52,385 nucleotides of DNA from Candidatus Eiseniibacteriota bacterium (GCA_031364845.1 JANLWX010000115.1:1-52385); one strand, 5' to 3'; shown: positions 21,682-32,437, counted from the stretch's first letter. Notes: generated from the letters alone by a model not told the origin. Numbers and translations: made by a program.

Positions 21682-23898
21682 ATGGCCTGGACCGCCGAGC
21701 ATTTGATCGCTCGCCGCCGCACCGTGATCGTGCTGTGGATCGTCATCGCGATCGCTGCCGGGCTGCTCGCCGCGCGCATCGGCGACGTGCTCCAGGGCGG
21801 CGCCGATGCGATCCCCGGCAGCGACTCCGACCGCGCGACGCGTTCGCTCGAACGCGCGTTCGGACGCGGAACGCTCTATCAGTTCCTGGTCGTGCTCCAC
21901 GACTCGACCACGACGACCGACGATCCGCGCTACGTCGATGCAGCGGCGCGCATCGAACGGGCACTCTCCGCACTGCCAACGGTGCGCAGGGTCGAGTCGC
22001 CGTGGAACTCCGATCGTCCGGAGTTGATCGGTGACGACTGGCACACGGCACTCATCGTCGTCACGCCGCGCGTCGAAACGTTTCACGCGGCCGAGCAACT
22101 GACGGCGGACCTGCGCCGCGCGATCGCCGGGACCGAACGTCCCGCAGGTTTCGAGGCCGCGGTCACCGGTGCGATGGCGACGCTCTACGATCTCGATCAG
22201 CGCTCGTCGTCGGATCTGCTCGCGGCCGAGCGCGTCGGCCTGCCGGTGACACTCGTGATCCTGCTCGCGGTGTTCGGCACCCCGCTCGCCGCGTTGCTGC
22301 CGCTCGTGCTCGCGCTGGTCGCGGTCTCGATCGGGCTCGCCGGATTGTGGGCGCTGCATCCATGGATGCCGGTGAGCGTGTTCGCGGAAAACGTGGTCTC
22401 GATGATCGGTCTCGGCGTCGGCGTCGACTACGCGCTCTTCGTGCTGAGCCGCCATCGTGAGGAGGAAGCGCGCGGACACACGCCGGCTGCGGCCGCGGCG
22501 ATCGCGATGCGCGCGGCCGGGCACTCGGTCGCATTCTCCGGCGCAACCGTGATGGTCGGATTCCTCGCGCTGTTCCTGGTGCGCGCGCCGTTCCTGCACG
22601 CGATCGCGCTCGGCGGAATAATCGTGGTGGGGGCGGCGGTCGCGGCGTCGATGACGCTGCTGCCTGCGCTGCTCGCGATGCTGGGCCGCGCGATCCATTG
22701 GCCCAAGCGCGCCGCCGCGCCGGTGCGCGACGATGCGCGCGCGACGCTGTGGATGCGCTGGGCGGAACTCGTGATGCGCCGCCCGTGGCCGTTCCTCGTG
22801 GCGTCGTCGCTGGTGCTGCTGATCTTCGTGGTCCCGGTGTTCCGGCTCCAGGCTTGGAACATCGGCGCCACCGATCTGCCGCCCGACACCGAATCCCGGC
22901 GCGGGCACGAATTGCTCGCGGCGCGTTTCCCCGACGGATGGACCGGCCCGATCATCGGTGTGATCGAAGCGCGCGACTCGGCTTCGGTGTGGAGTCCCGG
23001 CGCGCGCGCCGCGATCGCCGATCTCGGCCGCGAACTCGAGCACGCGGTTCCCAACGGCCTCGTGCTCGGCATGCCACAGATGGTCGCCAAACTCGGCACG
23101 GTCGCATTTCCGGCGCGGGTCACCGCCGATCTGCCATCGGCAGCGCAACCGGCGGCACGCGGGGTCGCGAGCGACGACGGCCGCATCGCGGTGGTCGCGC
23201 TCGTCACGCCCGACGAGGCCGCGCATCCCGCAACCATGCGCACGTTGCGCGATCTGCGTTCACGCGAGTGGCCGGCGCTCGAGGCCGCGGGATTGATCGT
23301 GCGCTGGGGCGGATCGGCCGCGGTGATCTCCGATTTCGACGCGGAGCTGTTCGGGCGGCTGCCGCTCGTGATCGGGCTCGTCGTGCTCGCGACGTTCATC
23401 GTGCTCGCCGCGCTGTTCCGCTCGATCCTGATCCCGCTCAAAGCGACGCTGCTGAACGTGCTGTCGGTGCTCGCGGCCTACGGCTTTCTCGTGCTCGTGT
23501 TTCAGGATGGCCACGGCGCGCGCCTGCTCGGCATCGATCCGCCGGGCGGGCTCAACTCGTTCATCGTGCTCATGCTGTTCACGATTCTGTTCGGGCTGTC
23601 GATGGACTACGAAGTGTTCCTGCTCGCCCGGGTGCGCGAGGAGTATCTCGCGACCGGCGACAACGCGCGCGCCGTGGCAGTGGCGCTCGGGCGCACCGCG
23701 CGCATCATCACCTGTGCCGCGCTCATCATGATCTCGATCTTCGCCTCGTTCGGGTTCACGCGCCTGATCCCCACGCGCGAGTTCGGGCTCGGCCTCGCGT
23801 TCGCGGTGGCGCTCGATGCGACGGTGATCCGCATGGTGCTGGTGCCTGCGTTGATGGTCGTGTCGGGCAAGTGGAACTGGTGGTGGCCGTGGAAGTGA
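21682..23898 (+). CDS. MMPL family (RND superfamily) transporter
   Basis: Two MMPL halves: GLGVGVDYALF..SRHREE, AFSGATV, LFGLSMDYEVFLLARVREEY, DATVIRMVLVPA..G.WNWW.P. Confidence 0.92.
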   Translation: MAWTAEHLIARRRTVIVLWIVIAIAAGLLAARIGDVLQGGADAIPGSDSDRATRSLERAFGRGTLYQFLVVLHDSTTTTDDPRYVDAAARIERALSALPTVRRVESPWNSDRPELIGDDWHTALIVVTPRVETFHAAEQLTADLRRAIAGTERPAGFEAAVTGAMATLYDLDQRSSSDLLAAERVGLPVTLVILLAVFGTPLAALLPLVLALVAVSIGLAGLWALHPWMPVSVFAENVVSMIGLGVGVDYALFVLSRHREEEARGHTPAAAAAIAMRAAGHSVAFSGATVMVGFLALFLVRAPFLHAIALGGIIVVGAAVAASMTLLPALLAMLGRAIHWPKRAAAPVRDDARATLWMRWAELVMRRPWPFLVASSLVLLIFVVPVFRLQAWNIGATDLPPDTESRRGHELLAARFPDGWTGPIIGVIEARDSASVWSPGARAAIADLGRELEHAVPNGLVLGMPQMVAKLGTVAFPARVTADLPSAAQPAARGVASDDGRIAVVALVTPDEAAHPATMRTLRDLRSREWPALEAAGLIVRWGGSAAVISDFDAELFGRLPLVIGLVVLATFIVLAALFRSILIPLKATLLNVLSVLAAYGFLVLVFQDGHGARLLGIDPPGGLNSFIVLMLFTILFGLSMDYEVFLLARVREEYLATGDNARAVAVALGRTARIITCAALIMISIFASFGFTRLIPTREFGLGLAFAVALDATVIRMVLVPALMVVSGKWNWWWPWK

Positions 23899-24034
23899 CG
23901 TTTCTTGCGCGGCCGCGCGCCGAGCCCGTCGACGCTCGTATCAGTTCCCGATCCATGTGCTAACGTTTCCACCGTCATGCGCGAGATGTGTGCGCGGTCT
24001 GGCGATCTCGAGAACTCCCGTCCCAGGAATGATC

Positions 24035-26059
24035 ATGCCCCGACGCCTCCCGACGTTCGCCCTCGCATTCCTGCTCGCGACCCTGGCACTTCCGGTTCAC
24101 GCTCAAACCCCCGCGCTCGATCTCACCGCCCGCGACACGACGTGCTCGCCGTGCCGCGATTTCTTTCAGTATGCGAACGGCGCGTGGGTGACGCGAACTC
24201 AGATCCCGGCCGCGTTCGCGAGCTTCGGCAGCTTCCAGGAACTCGCCGAGCGTAATCGGATGACGTTGTATGAAGTGCTCGAGGACGCGAAGCGCGAAAC
24301 ATCCGCGCCCGCCGGTAGTACGACCGGTCTGCTGCGGACGTTCTACGTCGGCTGCATGGACTCCGCGCAGGCCGAGCGTGAAGGAATGAAACCGCTCGAG
24401 CCCGCATTTGCCCGCATCGCCGCGCTCAAGTCGACCGATGGACTCGCGGCCGAAGTGGCGCGGCTGCATCAGCGCGGCGTGGGAGTGCTGTTCGCCTTCG
24501 GCGCCGTGCCCGACTTCAAGAACAGCACGCAGACCATCGCCTCGACCGGCCAGGGCGGCCTCGGTCTTCCTGATCGCGACTACTACACGAAGGAGGACTC
24601 GGCTTCGGTGCGGTTGCGCACAGAATACGTCGAGCACATCGCGCGTCTGCTCACACTGACCGGCACACCCGCGGCACAGGCGCAGGCCGACGCCGGACGC
24701 GTGCTCGCGATCGAGACCGCGCTCGCGCGCGCCTCGATGACCAACGTCCAGCGCCGCGACCCGAACGCGATCTATCACAAGATGAAGACCGACGAACTGC
24801 GCGCGCTGGCACCGGGGTTCGGATGGAACGCCTATCTCGAAGGCAGGGAGTTGGCTTCGTTGCCCGAGCTGAACGTCGCGCAGCCCGAATTCTTCAAGGC
24901 GCTCGACGTCATGTTGAAGGATGTCCCGCTCGCGGACTGGAAGGTGTATCTCCGCTGGCACGCGGCGGAAGACGCGGCTCCGCTCTTGAGCAGGAAGTTC
25001 GCGGACGAGGACTTCGCGTTCCAGAAGGTGCTGACCGGGACCAAAGAGCAGCTCCCGCGCTGGAAGCGCTGTGTGGCGCGCACCGATCAGATGCTCGGCG
25101 AAGCGCTAGGGCAGGAGTATGTGAAACGCGCGTTCCCGCCCGCGGCGAAGGCCCGCGCGCTCGAGCTGGTGAAGAACCTCGAGACCGCCGTGGGCGATCG
25201 CATCACTGCACTTGACTGGATGGGCGATGCGACCAAGACCGAGGCGCACAAGAAGCTCGCAGCGTTCGGCACCAAGATCGGCTATCCCGACCGCTGGCGC
25301 GACTATTCGGCGCTGAAGCTGGCCCCGGGATCTTTCCTTGCCATGAACGATGCGGCGACCGAATTCGAGTCGCGCCGCCAGCTCGCGCGCGTCGGCAAGC
25401 CGGTCGATCGCGGCGAGTGGCGCATGACGCCGCCGACCGTGAACGCGTACTACAGCTCATCCAACAACGACATCAATTTCCCGGCGGGCATCCTGCAGCC
25501 GCCGTTCTTCAATCCGTCGGCCGACGACGCCGTGAACTACGGCGGCATCGGTGCGGTGATCGGACACGAAATGGGGCACGGCTTCGACGATCGCGGCCGC
25601 CAGTTCGACGCCGACGGCAACCTGCGCGATTGGTGGACCGCCGATGACGCCAAGGCCTACAAGTCACGGTCGGACCGGGTCGTCGATCAGTTCAACGGCT
25701 ATGCCGAAGTCGACACCATGCGCGTGAACGGCAAGCTCACGCTCGGCGAGAACATCGCCGACCTCGGCGGCCTCGCCGTCGCGTATCGCGCGCTGCAGCT
25801 CTCGCTGGCGGGCAAGCCGCGCCTGTTGATCGACGGCTACACGCCGGAGCAGCGTTTCTTCCTGTCGTGGGCCCGGATCTGGCGCACGATGCACCGCCCC
25901 GAAGAAGCGCGCCGCCGTCTCGCGACCGATTCCCATTCGCCGGCGCGCTGGCGCGTGAACGGCCCGCTCTCGAACTTGCCGGAGTTCGCAGAGGCATTCG
26001 GGTGCAAGGCGGGCGATCCAATGGTGCGCTCGAAGGAACTGCAGACGCGGATCTGGTAG
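24035..26059 (+). CDS. Secreted M13 (neprilysin/PepO) metallopeptidase
   Basis: Signal peptide, PCRDFFQYANGAW, LGLPDRDYY, KIGYPD, VNAYY, HEMGHGFDD (HExxH), GENIAD, DSHSP. AGGA precedes ATG 24035. Confidence 0.95.
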   Translation: MPRRLPTFALAFLLATLALPVHAQTPALDLTARDTTCSPCRDFFQYANGAWVTRTQIPAAFASFGSFQELAERNRMTLYEVLEDAKRETSAPAGSTTGLLRTFYVGCMDSAQAEREGMKPLEPAFARIAALKSTDGLAAEVARLHQRGVGVLFAFGAVPDFKNSTQTIASTGQGGLGLPDRDYYTKEDSASVRLRTEYVEHIARLLTLTGTPAAQAQADAGRVLAIETALARASMTNVQRRDPNAIYHKMKTDELRALAPGFGWNAYLEGRELASLPELNVAQPEFFKALDVMLKDVPLADWKVYLRWHAAEDAAPLLSRKFADEDFAFQKVLTGTKEQLPRWKRCVARTDQMLGEALGQEYVKRAFPPAAKARALELVKNLETAVGDRITALDWMGDATKTEAHKKLAAFGTKIGYPDRWRDYSALKLAPGSFLAMNDAATEFESRRQLARVGKPVDRGEWRMTPPTVNAYYSSSNNDINFPAGILQPPFFNPSADDAVNYGGIGAVIGHEMGHGFDDRGRQFDADGNLRDWWTADDAKAYKSRSDRVVDQFNGYAEVDTMRVNGKLTLGENIADLGGLAVAYRALQLSLAGKPRLLIDGYTPEQRFFLSWARIWRTMHRPEEARRRLATDSHSPARWRVNGPLSNLPEFAEAFGCKAGDPMVRSKELQTRIW

Positions 26060-26133
26060 TGGCGGCGGTGACGGTCGCGCGTGTCGATCGCGAGCGCGCG
26101 ACCGTCGCATCGAACACGTCGAGGAGAACGCCC

Positions 26134-26523
26134 ATGCCCATTCGCATCGTGAGACTCGGGAGCCCGCGAGCCAGGAACGAAGGCACGCGGATCGGCACCG
26201 TTCGCCGTCCTCCCCGGGGCGTACCCAAGGCGGAGTTCGCGTCGCAGAACTTCTACGACGTGTGGTTTCCGAACCTGGCGCCGAGCGTCGAGACCATGAA
26301 ACTCGGCCAGAGCGCGGCGAGCGCGGCCGAGTGGGCGGCGTTCACTCGGAAGTATCGAGCCGAAATGAACGCCGCCGACGCAAGCCGCGTGCTCGATCTG
26401 CTCGCGGCGCTCTCACACGACACGAACCTCTCCGTCGGCTGCTACTGCGAAGACGAAGCGCGCTGCCATCGCTCGATCCTGAGGGCGCTCCTCATCGACA
26501 GGGGCGCCTACGTCGTCGATTGA
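26134..26523 (+). CDS. DUF488 family protein
   Basis: AGGAG RBS. EGTRIGTVRRPPRGVPK, LAPS, F..KYRAEM, CYCEDEARCHRS. Confidence 0.85.
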   Translation: MPIRIVRLGSPRARNEGTRIGTVRRPPRGVPKAEFASQNFYDVWFPNLAPSVETMKLGQSAASAAEWAAFTRKYRAEMNAADASRVLDLLAALSHDTNLSVGCYCEDEARCHRSILRALLIDRGAYVVD

Positions 26524-26542
26524 TACAAAATTCGCTGCTTCC

Positions 26543-28942
26543 TCAGTGAATTACTGCGACACGTCCCCGCAACGTGCGCCCCGGAACTTCGAGACGGTAG
26601 AGGTAGACACCGCCTGCGAGACGCCGCCCGCGGCCGTCGCTGCCGTCCCAACTCGCCGAGTGTTCGCCGGCGGGCAGCATGGCATCGACCAACCTGCGTA
26701 CCTCGCGTCCGCCGGGATCGAACACGGTGAGCCGCGTGCGACCTCCGGTCGCCAGTCCGAAGGCGATCGTGGAGCGGTCGAACATCGGGTTCGGGCGAGG
26801 TGCGGACAGCCACACACCCACCGCAGATCCTGACGGTGTGTCGAGGATCTCGTGCGGACCGAGCGTGGCGAACGGGCTCTCGTTGCCGTGCGCATCGACC
26901 GCGGACAGCTTGTACCACTGATCGGGCAGCCGCACGTCGACATAACCGGTGTCGCTCTGCTGCGTGATGCGGTTCCCGATGCCGGGGACGAAATCCGGTG
27001 AGGCACCCCGGTACATGCGATAGAAGGCGAAGTCCGCCTCGCCGCTCCTGCCCCAGTGCAGCGCCACATAGGTGTGGACGTACTTGGCGGTGAACGGAGC
27101 CGGGCCCGCGGGAGCGAGGTTGTCGACCGAGTAGCCGCTGTCGGCCGAGGAGAACCAATGTCCCGCAGGCCCGATGGCCTCGATCATGAAATGCGTCCGC
27201 GGGTTCGAAGCCTCGACCGAATCGCCCGTCGTCGGCGCGACGAAGCTGTAGCCCGGAAGTTGTGCGGCGGGGAGCGTGACCAGGTACTCCCAGTAGATCT
27301 CAGCCGCCTCCGGCGAGGGCGCGCGCCGCATCACGCGACTCGATGCCGATGCGGCGGGGATCGCGGCGTTCGGAGGTGCCGAACGCCACACGCGATACTC
27401 GGTGATCCCATCCACCGGCTCGGCGTCGAGATAGCTCGCGCCCCACGAGACCTTCACACGGCCGCCCTGATCGTTGGGCACGTCGCGCACACTGGCGATG
27501 TGAGGCTGCGGCCGGCCGAACGATCCAGCGCGCTCGATGCGCTGCGCATAGATGTCGAGATCTGCGCCATTGCGGAGATCGGCCCAGGCGACGATCGCGC
27601 CACCCACGCCATCCGGCACGAGCATCGGATCGATCTGGGTACCGGGCGCGGTGCACAGCGCCAAGCCGTCCGACGCCCACGCGGGATCGCCGTTGAGCGT
27701 CACCCGCTGCACATAGATGTCGGCGTCCTCACCCGAACGGTGATCCTGCCAGACGATGATCGCGCCACCCGCCTGATCTTCGTTGATCTGCGGCGACGAT
27801 TGTTCCCCGGCCGCGACGCTCACCGGAACGCCGTTCGCCGTCCACATCGGCGAACCGCCCGAGGAAATCCGGCGCGCGTAGATGTCGCCGGTGCCGCTGC
27901 GCAGGTCGTTCCACGTGACGATCGCGCCGCCGGCCTGGTCGGAGACGAGCTTCGGATATTGCGAGATGCCGAGGGTGGTCCGCAGCTCGACACCGTTGTG
28001 CGTCCACTGCGCGGTTCCATTCGCATCCACCCGTTGAGCCTGGATGGAGCTCTCGGTGAATACGCCATTGCGCGCGTCCAGCCATGCAACGATCGCGCCG
28101 CCCAGCCCATCCGAAATCAGCGCCGGATGCACCTGCACGGAAGGCGCGGTGCAGACCGGCGCGCCGTCGGTGCCCCACAGCGCGTTGCCGTCGCTGTTGA
28201 TGCGCTGGGCGTAGATGTCGAGCTGGAAGAAGTCCGGGACACGCCCATCGACCCACGCCGCGATCACACCGCCGGTGCCGTCGGCAATCAACTGCGGGTT
28301 GAGCACGGTGCAGTTTCCGCCGCATGTGTATCCGGTGATCCGAACATCTCCGGGCCACTGCGGTTCTCCCGCGCTATTGACGCGCTGCGCGTAGACGTTC
28401 GCGACGAAGTTGCGGCCGTCGATCCATACGAAGAACGCACCCCCGGCTCCATCGGCGACCGATTTCGCGCCCTGCTGTCCATTCACGGCACCGCTCACGA
28501 GAGCCCCATCCGCGAGCCACTGCACGTTTCCCTCGCCGTCGATGTGCTGCGCGTAGAGGTCGCCCGCCAAGGTGCCGGGGCGGTAGTCCGACCACGAGAC
28601 GATCGCCCCGTTGCCGCCGTCGGAAGCCAGCGCGATCTCGTCCTGCCGTCCTTCCGCAGCGCACGCCACGATCCCGTTCGCGCCCCACAACAGATCCCCA
28701 CCCACGCCGATGCGTTGCACGTGAACGTCGGCGCTGACGCCGTTGGTGGAGTCGATCCATGCGACGATCATCCCGCCCGCTCCGTCCGAAATCGTGACCG
28801 GATTGCGCTGGTCGAGCGGCGACGTGGTGATCGGCAGATTCTGCGCAGGATGCTGAGGCCAGGCGGCGCGTGCCTGAGGTGCGGCGGCGAGCAGAAACAG
28901 AAGCGAGAACAGCCCGAAATATCCGGGAATCTTGGAAGACAC
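26543..28942 (-). CDS. Secreted 8-repeat beta-propeller-like protein with FlgD-Ig/T9SS-like C-terminal domain (about 799 aa)
   Basis: Start reassigned to GTG 28942 (GGAGGTGG RBS). Signal peptide ending ARA-AW. Eight repeats of about 55 aa (DG.GG.IV.W.D.R...IYAQR...G...W). C-terminal PNP...WDG.D..G..LAGGVYLYRL. Confidence 0.8.
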   Translation of the reverse strand: MSSKIPGYFGLFSLLFLLAAAPQARAAWPQHPAQNLPITTSPLDQRNPVTISDGAGGMIVAWIDSTNGVSADVHVQRIGVGGDLLWGANGIVACAAEGRQDEIALASDGGNGAIVSWSDYRPGTLAGDLYAQHIDGEGNVQWLADGALVSGAVNGQQGAKSVADGAGGAFFVWIDGRNFVANVYAQRVNSAGEPQWPGDVRITGYTCGGNCTVLNPQLIADGTGGVIAAWVDGRVPDFFQLDIYAQRINSDGNALWGTDGAPVCTAPSVQVHPALISDGLGGAIVAWLDARNGVFTESSIQAQRVDANGTAQWTHNGVELRTTLGISQYPKLVSDQAGGAIVTWNDLRSGTGDIYARRISSGGSPMWTANGVPVSVAAGEQSSPQINEDQAGGAIIVWQDHRSGEDADIYVQRVTLNGDPAWASDGLALCTAPGTQIDPMLVPDGVGGAIVAWADLRNGADLDIYAQRIERAGSFGRPQPHIASVRDVPNDQGGRVKVSWGASYLDAEPVDGITEYRVWRSAPPNAAIPAASASSRVMRRAPSPEAAEIYWEYLVTLPAAQLPGYSFVAPTTGDSVEASNPRTHFMIEAIGPAGHWFSSADSGYSVDNLAPAGPAPFTAKYVHTYVALHWGRSGEADFAFYRMYRGASPDFVPGIGNRITQQSDTGYVDVRLPDQWYKLSAVDAHGNESPFATLGPHEILDTPSGSAVGVWLSAPRPNPMFDRSTIAFGLATGGRTRLTVFDPGGREVRRLVDAMLPAGEHSASWDGSDGRGRRLAGGVYLYRLEVPGRTLRGRVAVIH

Positions 28943-29084
28943 GGACCACCTCCGATGTTTGCGGCGTCGATGCGGATGCGGATCCGCGGACGCCGATCCC
29001 GGAGTCGGGTCGTGGCGCTGCGGCGCCGGAAGTGTGCGCGCCGGCACGGGCGTGGATCAAGGACAATCGCCGTGAAAGCCCCGC

Positions 29085-30179
29085 CTAATGCAGCCGCTTC
29101 CGTCGATTCCGCACGAAATCCCGGAACACGTAAGCCCCGAGCTGGTTCGGATCCGTCTCGTAGATCCGGCCGTGGTTGAGCGCCGAGAGTTTCCGCACGA
29201 ACTCGAGCAGTGACGAGTCGGTCGCAAGCATGAAGGTCGTGATCGTGATCTTCTTGCGGCGGCAATATGAAGCCTCTTCGAGCGTCATGTTCACGATCTT
29301 GGGATCGAGCCCGAACGGATTCTTGTAGAGCTTGCCGTGCTCGCGGATCGCCGAGGGTTTGCCGTCGGTGATCATGAAGATCTGCTTGTTCATTCCCTTG
29401 CGCGACTCGAGCACGCGACGCGCGAGCTGGAGCCCGGCGCGCGTGTTGGTGTGAAAGGGACCGGCCTGGATCTTCATCAGCTCCTTGAGCGGAACCTGTA
29501 CCGCATCGTCGCCGAACAGCACGACATCGAGCGTGTCCTTGGGATAGCGGCTCTGGATCAGCTGTGTCAGCGCGAGCGCGATCTTCTTGGCGGGCGTGAT
29601 GCGGTCCTCGCCGTAGAGGATCATGCTGTGGCTGATGTCGACCGCGAGCACGGTGGCGCACGCCGACAGGTGCTCGCTCTCGTACACGGCGAGATCGTCC
29701 TCGGTCACCTTCAGCTCGTCGATGCCGTGGTTCTTGACGACATTGCTCATGGTCGTCAGCGGATCGAGGTCTGAGAGGTTGTCGCCGAACTGGTAGGCGC
29801 GCGTCTCCGACAGTCGCTCGCCGCCCTTGCCCGCCACCGGAGTGCGATGATCACCGGGACCGCCGGCTTCGAGCGTCGAGAAGATTTCGTTCAATGAATC
29901 CTGGCGGATGCGCTTCTCGCCCTTGGGCGTCATCTGATAGTTGCCCTGCGGTGTGACCTGGGCTTCGCCGGTGTCCTCGAGCAGCTTCTTGAAGTCCTCG
30001 ATTCCGAACTTCTCGTTGAAGAATCCGTATTCCTCGCCGAAGTGCTCCATCCACTTCAACGCTTCGTCCACGTCTCCGCCGGTCTGGAGCAGCAGGTTGC
30101 GATAGATCTCCATGAGCTGCTTGATGAACGCAGCGTCGCCGGGCTTGGGTCCTTCCCATTTGCTGTAGTCGAAACGCAT
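29085..30179 (-). CDS. VWA domain protein, partner of the Mg-chelatase-like ATPase
   Basis: Start MRFDYSKW after GAGGAG. MIDAS DISHS...HTNT...ITDG. MILYGEDRITPAKK. Confidence 0.88.
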   Translation of the reverse strand: MRFDYSKWEGPKPGDAAFIKQLMEIYRNLLLQTGGDVDEALKWMEHFGEEYGFFNEKFGIEDFKKLLEDTGEAQVTPQGNYQMTPKGEKRIRQDSLNEIFSTLEAGGPGDHRTPVAGKGGERLSETRAYQFGDNLSDLDPLTTMSNVVKNHGIDELKVTEDDLAVYESEHLSACATVLAVDISHSMILYGEDRITPAKKIALALTQLIQSRYPKDTLDVVLFGDDAVQVPLKELMKIQAGPFHTNTRAGLQLARRVLESRKGMNKQIFMITDGKPSAIREHGKLYKNPFGLDPKIVNMTLEEASYCRRKKITITTFMLATDSSLLEFVRKLSALNHGRIYETDPNQLGAYVFRDFVRNRRKRLH

Positions 30180-30187
30180 GGTGCTCC

Positions 30188-30814
30188 TCAGCCGGCCTTG
30201 CGGGCGATCAACATCGCGTATCCCGGATTTCCCTGACGCGGCTCGACGCCTTCGCGCTCGATGACGAGGCCCGCGCTCTCGAACCACGCGCGATAGGTCG
30301 CGACGTCGGCGTGGCTCCAGTACATCGACACTCCGCGCACGCCGCGGAAGTCAGGCTCGATCCGCGTCCACGCGTAGCGTCCGACGGTCGCGAGCAGCCG
30401 GCCGCCGGGGGCAAGCCACGACGCCATCCGCTGGATCAGACCCGGCTGCTCGTCGAGCGGCAGATTGATGATCGAAAAGAACGCCGCGACCGCATCGAAC
30501 GACTCCGGGTCGAACTCGACGGTGCTCATGTCGGCGCACATGAATGTCGCCGCCGGCACCAGCATGCGCGCGCGTTCGATCTGAACCGGTGACAGATCGA
30601 CTCCGGTCACCCGATAGTTCCGCGACAACTCGCGGCTCACCGGAATGCCATTGCCGCACCCGAGGTCGAGCACGCGCGCGCCATGCATGAGATGCGGCTC
30701 GAGCTGTCCGATCCAGTAAGCGTAACCCGAGCGCGGGAACTCGAACTCGTCACCGCGATAGGCGTGCGACGCGCGATCGTAGCCTTCGCGCACCAGGGTC
30801 TTTGGATCCGTCAC
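30188..30814 (-). CDS. Class I SAM-dependent methyltransferase
   Basis: VLDLGCGNG, VTGVDLSPVQIERAR, ADM, FDAV, WLAPGG. Confidence 0.88.
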   Translation of the reverse strand: MTDPKTLVREGYDRASHAYRGDEFEFPRSGYAYWIGQLEPHLMHGARVLDLGCGNGIPVSRELSRNYRVTGVDLSPVQIERARMLVPAATFMCADMSTVEFDPESFDAVAAFFSIINLPLDEQPGLIQRMASWLAPGGRLLATVGRYAWTRIEPDFRGVRGVSMYWSHADVATYRAWFESAGLVIEREGVEPRQGNPGYAMLIARKAG

Positions 30815-30827
30815 GGGGCGCTCGCGC

Positions 30828-32339
30828 CTAGTCCTCGCCCATTCCGGACAACATGCTCTTCAGCATGTCCTTGTAGCTGGTGCCGGTGCCGTCGGTGCGA
30901 TCGCGCGACAGCATCGAGTTCTGATGCAGTCCTTCGAGCGCGAACTCCATCGCGACCGCGGTCTCTTCGGGGCCGCGCGGATCGAGATGCTTGACCGCCA
31001 GCTCGCGCAGACCTTTGACCTCGGACAGTGCCTTGGCGAACTCCGCCTGCGGCATGTCGTCGGCGATCTCGATGTGGTTTCCGGACGAGAACCATTCGAG
31101 GATCGGACGGTATTCGCCCGACGCCGTATCGCTGTCGCCGGACGGCGGCTCGACGCGCGCTTCGCGGCGCGTGCGCCTCGGCTTGTACGCGTCGGGGAAG
31201 CGCTGCGAGAACAGCCCCTTGATGCCGCGGCCCAGCAATGCGCGCGCGACACCGAGTGCACCCTCCTGTTCGCCTTCGAGCACCAACTCGACCTTGCCGC
31301 TCACGGCGGACACGGCCTGCTGGAGGTCGCACACGCGCGTCATCACCTTGGACTCGCCGGTGATGAGCCCGCGGCGCTCGGCGTTCGAAACCAGATTCTC
31401 GATCAGCGCGATCGGCAGCCGCGCCGACACGCCGGAGTTCTGATCGACGTACTCGCTCTTGCGCGCCTGGATCACGACCTCTTCCACGAGTTCCCGCATG
31501 AACGGCGGGATCGCGACCTCGACCGCCGATTCGCGTTCGATCCACGATTCCTGCGCCGTGATCGCGAGCCCGTGCTCGCGCTGGAGCGGGTAGTGCGTGA
31601 TGATCTGCGAATTGATGCGGTCGCGCAGCGGCGTGATGATGTTGCCGCGATTGGTGTAGTCCTCGGGATTCGCGGAGAACACCATCAGCACGTCGAGCGG
31701 CATGCGCACCGGGAAGCCGCGAATCTGAAAGTCCTTCTCTTCGAGAATGTTGAGCAGGCCGACCTGGATGCGCGGCTGCAAATCGGGCAACTCGTTGATC
31801 GCGAAGATCCCGCGATTGGTGCGCGCGATGATGCCGTAGTGGATCACGCGCTCGTCCGAGTAGTCGATGCGCAGTGTCGCCGCCTTGATCGGATCGATGT
31901 CGCCGATCAGATCGGCGATCGTCACATCAGGCGTCGCGAGCTTCTCCTGATAGCGCTGCTCGCGATGCATCCACGTCACCGGCGTCTCGTCGCCGCGCGT
32001 TTCGAGCAGCGTCTTCGCATGGTGCGTGAGCGGCAGGAACGGGTCGCTGTTGAGCGGGTCGCCGGCGATGATGGGAATCCATTCGTCGAGGAACCCGGAG
32101 AGTGCCCGCAGCAGGCGCGTCTTGGCCTGGCCGCGTAAACCCAGCAGAATGAAATCGTGGCGCGACAGCAGTGCATTGACGATCTGGGGCTCGACGGTGT
32201 GCTCGTAGCCGACGATGCCCGGAAACAGTTTCTCGCCGGTGCGGATTCGTGCGATCAGGTTGGCGCGGATTTCATCCTTGACCGAACGCGGCCGGTAGCC
32301 GGATTCCTTGAGTGATCCTAACGTCGTGGGACGGGACAT
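30828..32339 (-). CDS. Mg-chelatase subunit I-like AAA+ ATPase
   Basis: Walker A variant GLRGQAKT, EKLATPD, DLIGDIDP, Walker B variant FAINELPDL, SANPEDYTNRG.IITPL.DR. Confidence 0.9.
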   Translation of the reverse strand: MSRPTTLGSLKESGYRPRSVKDEIRANLIARIRTGEKLFPGIVGYEHTVEPQIVNALLSRHDFILLGLRGQAKTRLLRALSGFLDEWIPIIAGDPLNSDPFLPLTHHAKTLLETRGDETPVTWMHREQRYQEKLATPDVTIADLIGDIDPIKAATLRIDYSDERVIHYGIIARTNRGIFAINELPDLQPRIQVGLLNILEEKDFQIRGFPVRMPLDVLMVFSANPEDYTNRGNIITPLRDRINSQIITHYPLQREHGLAITAQESWIERESAVEVAIPPFMRELVEEVVIQARKSEYVDQNSGVSARLPIALIENLVSNAERRGLITGESKVMTRVCDLQQAVSAVSGKVELVLEGEQEGALGVARALLGRGIKGLFSQRFPDAYKPRRTRREARVEPPSGDSDTASGEYRPILEWFSSGNHIEIADDMPQAEFAKALSEVKGLRELAVKHLDPRGPEETAVAMEFALEGLHQNSMLSRDRTDGTGTSYKDMLKSMLSGMGED

Positions 32340-32437
32340 CGCGCGGGGTGTCTCCTTGCGAGCCAGAGGTGGTCGGGAGTCGGCCCGGAGCTTCCGAGTT
32401 GTCGGGGGGAAGTCGGACGAAGTCTAGGAGGTTCACC

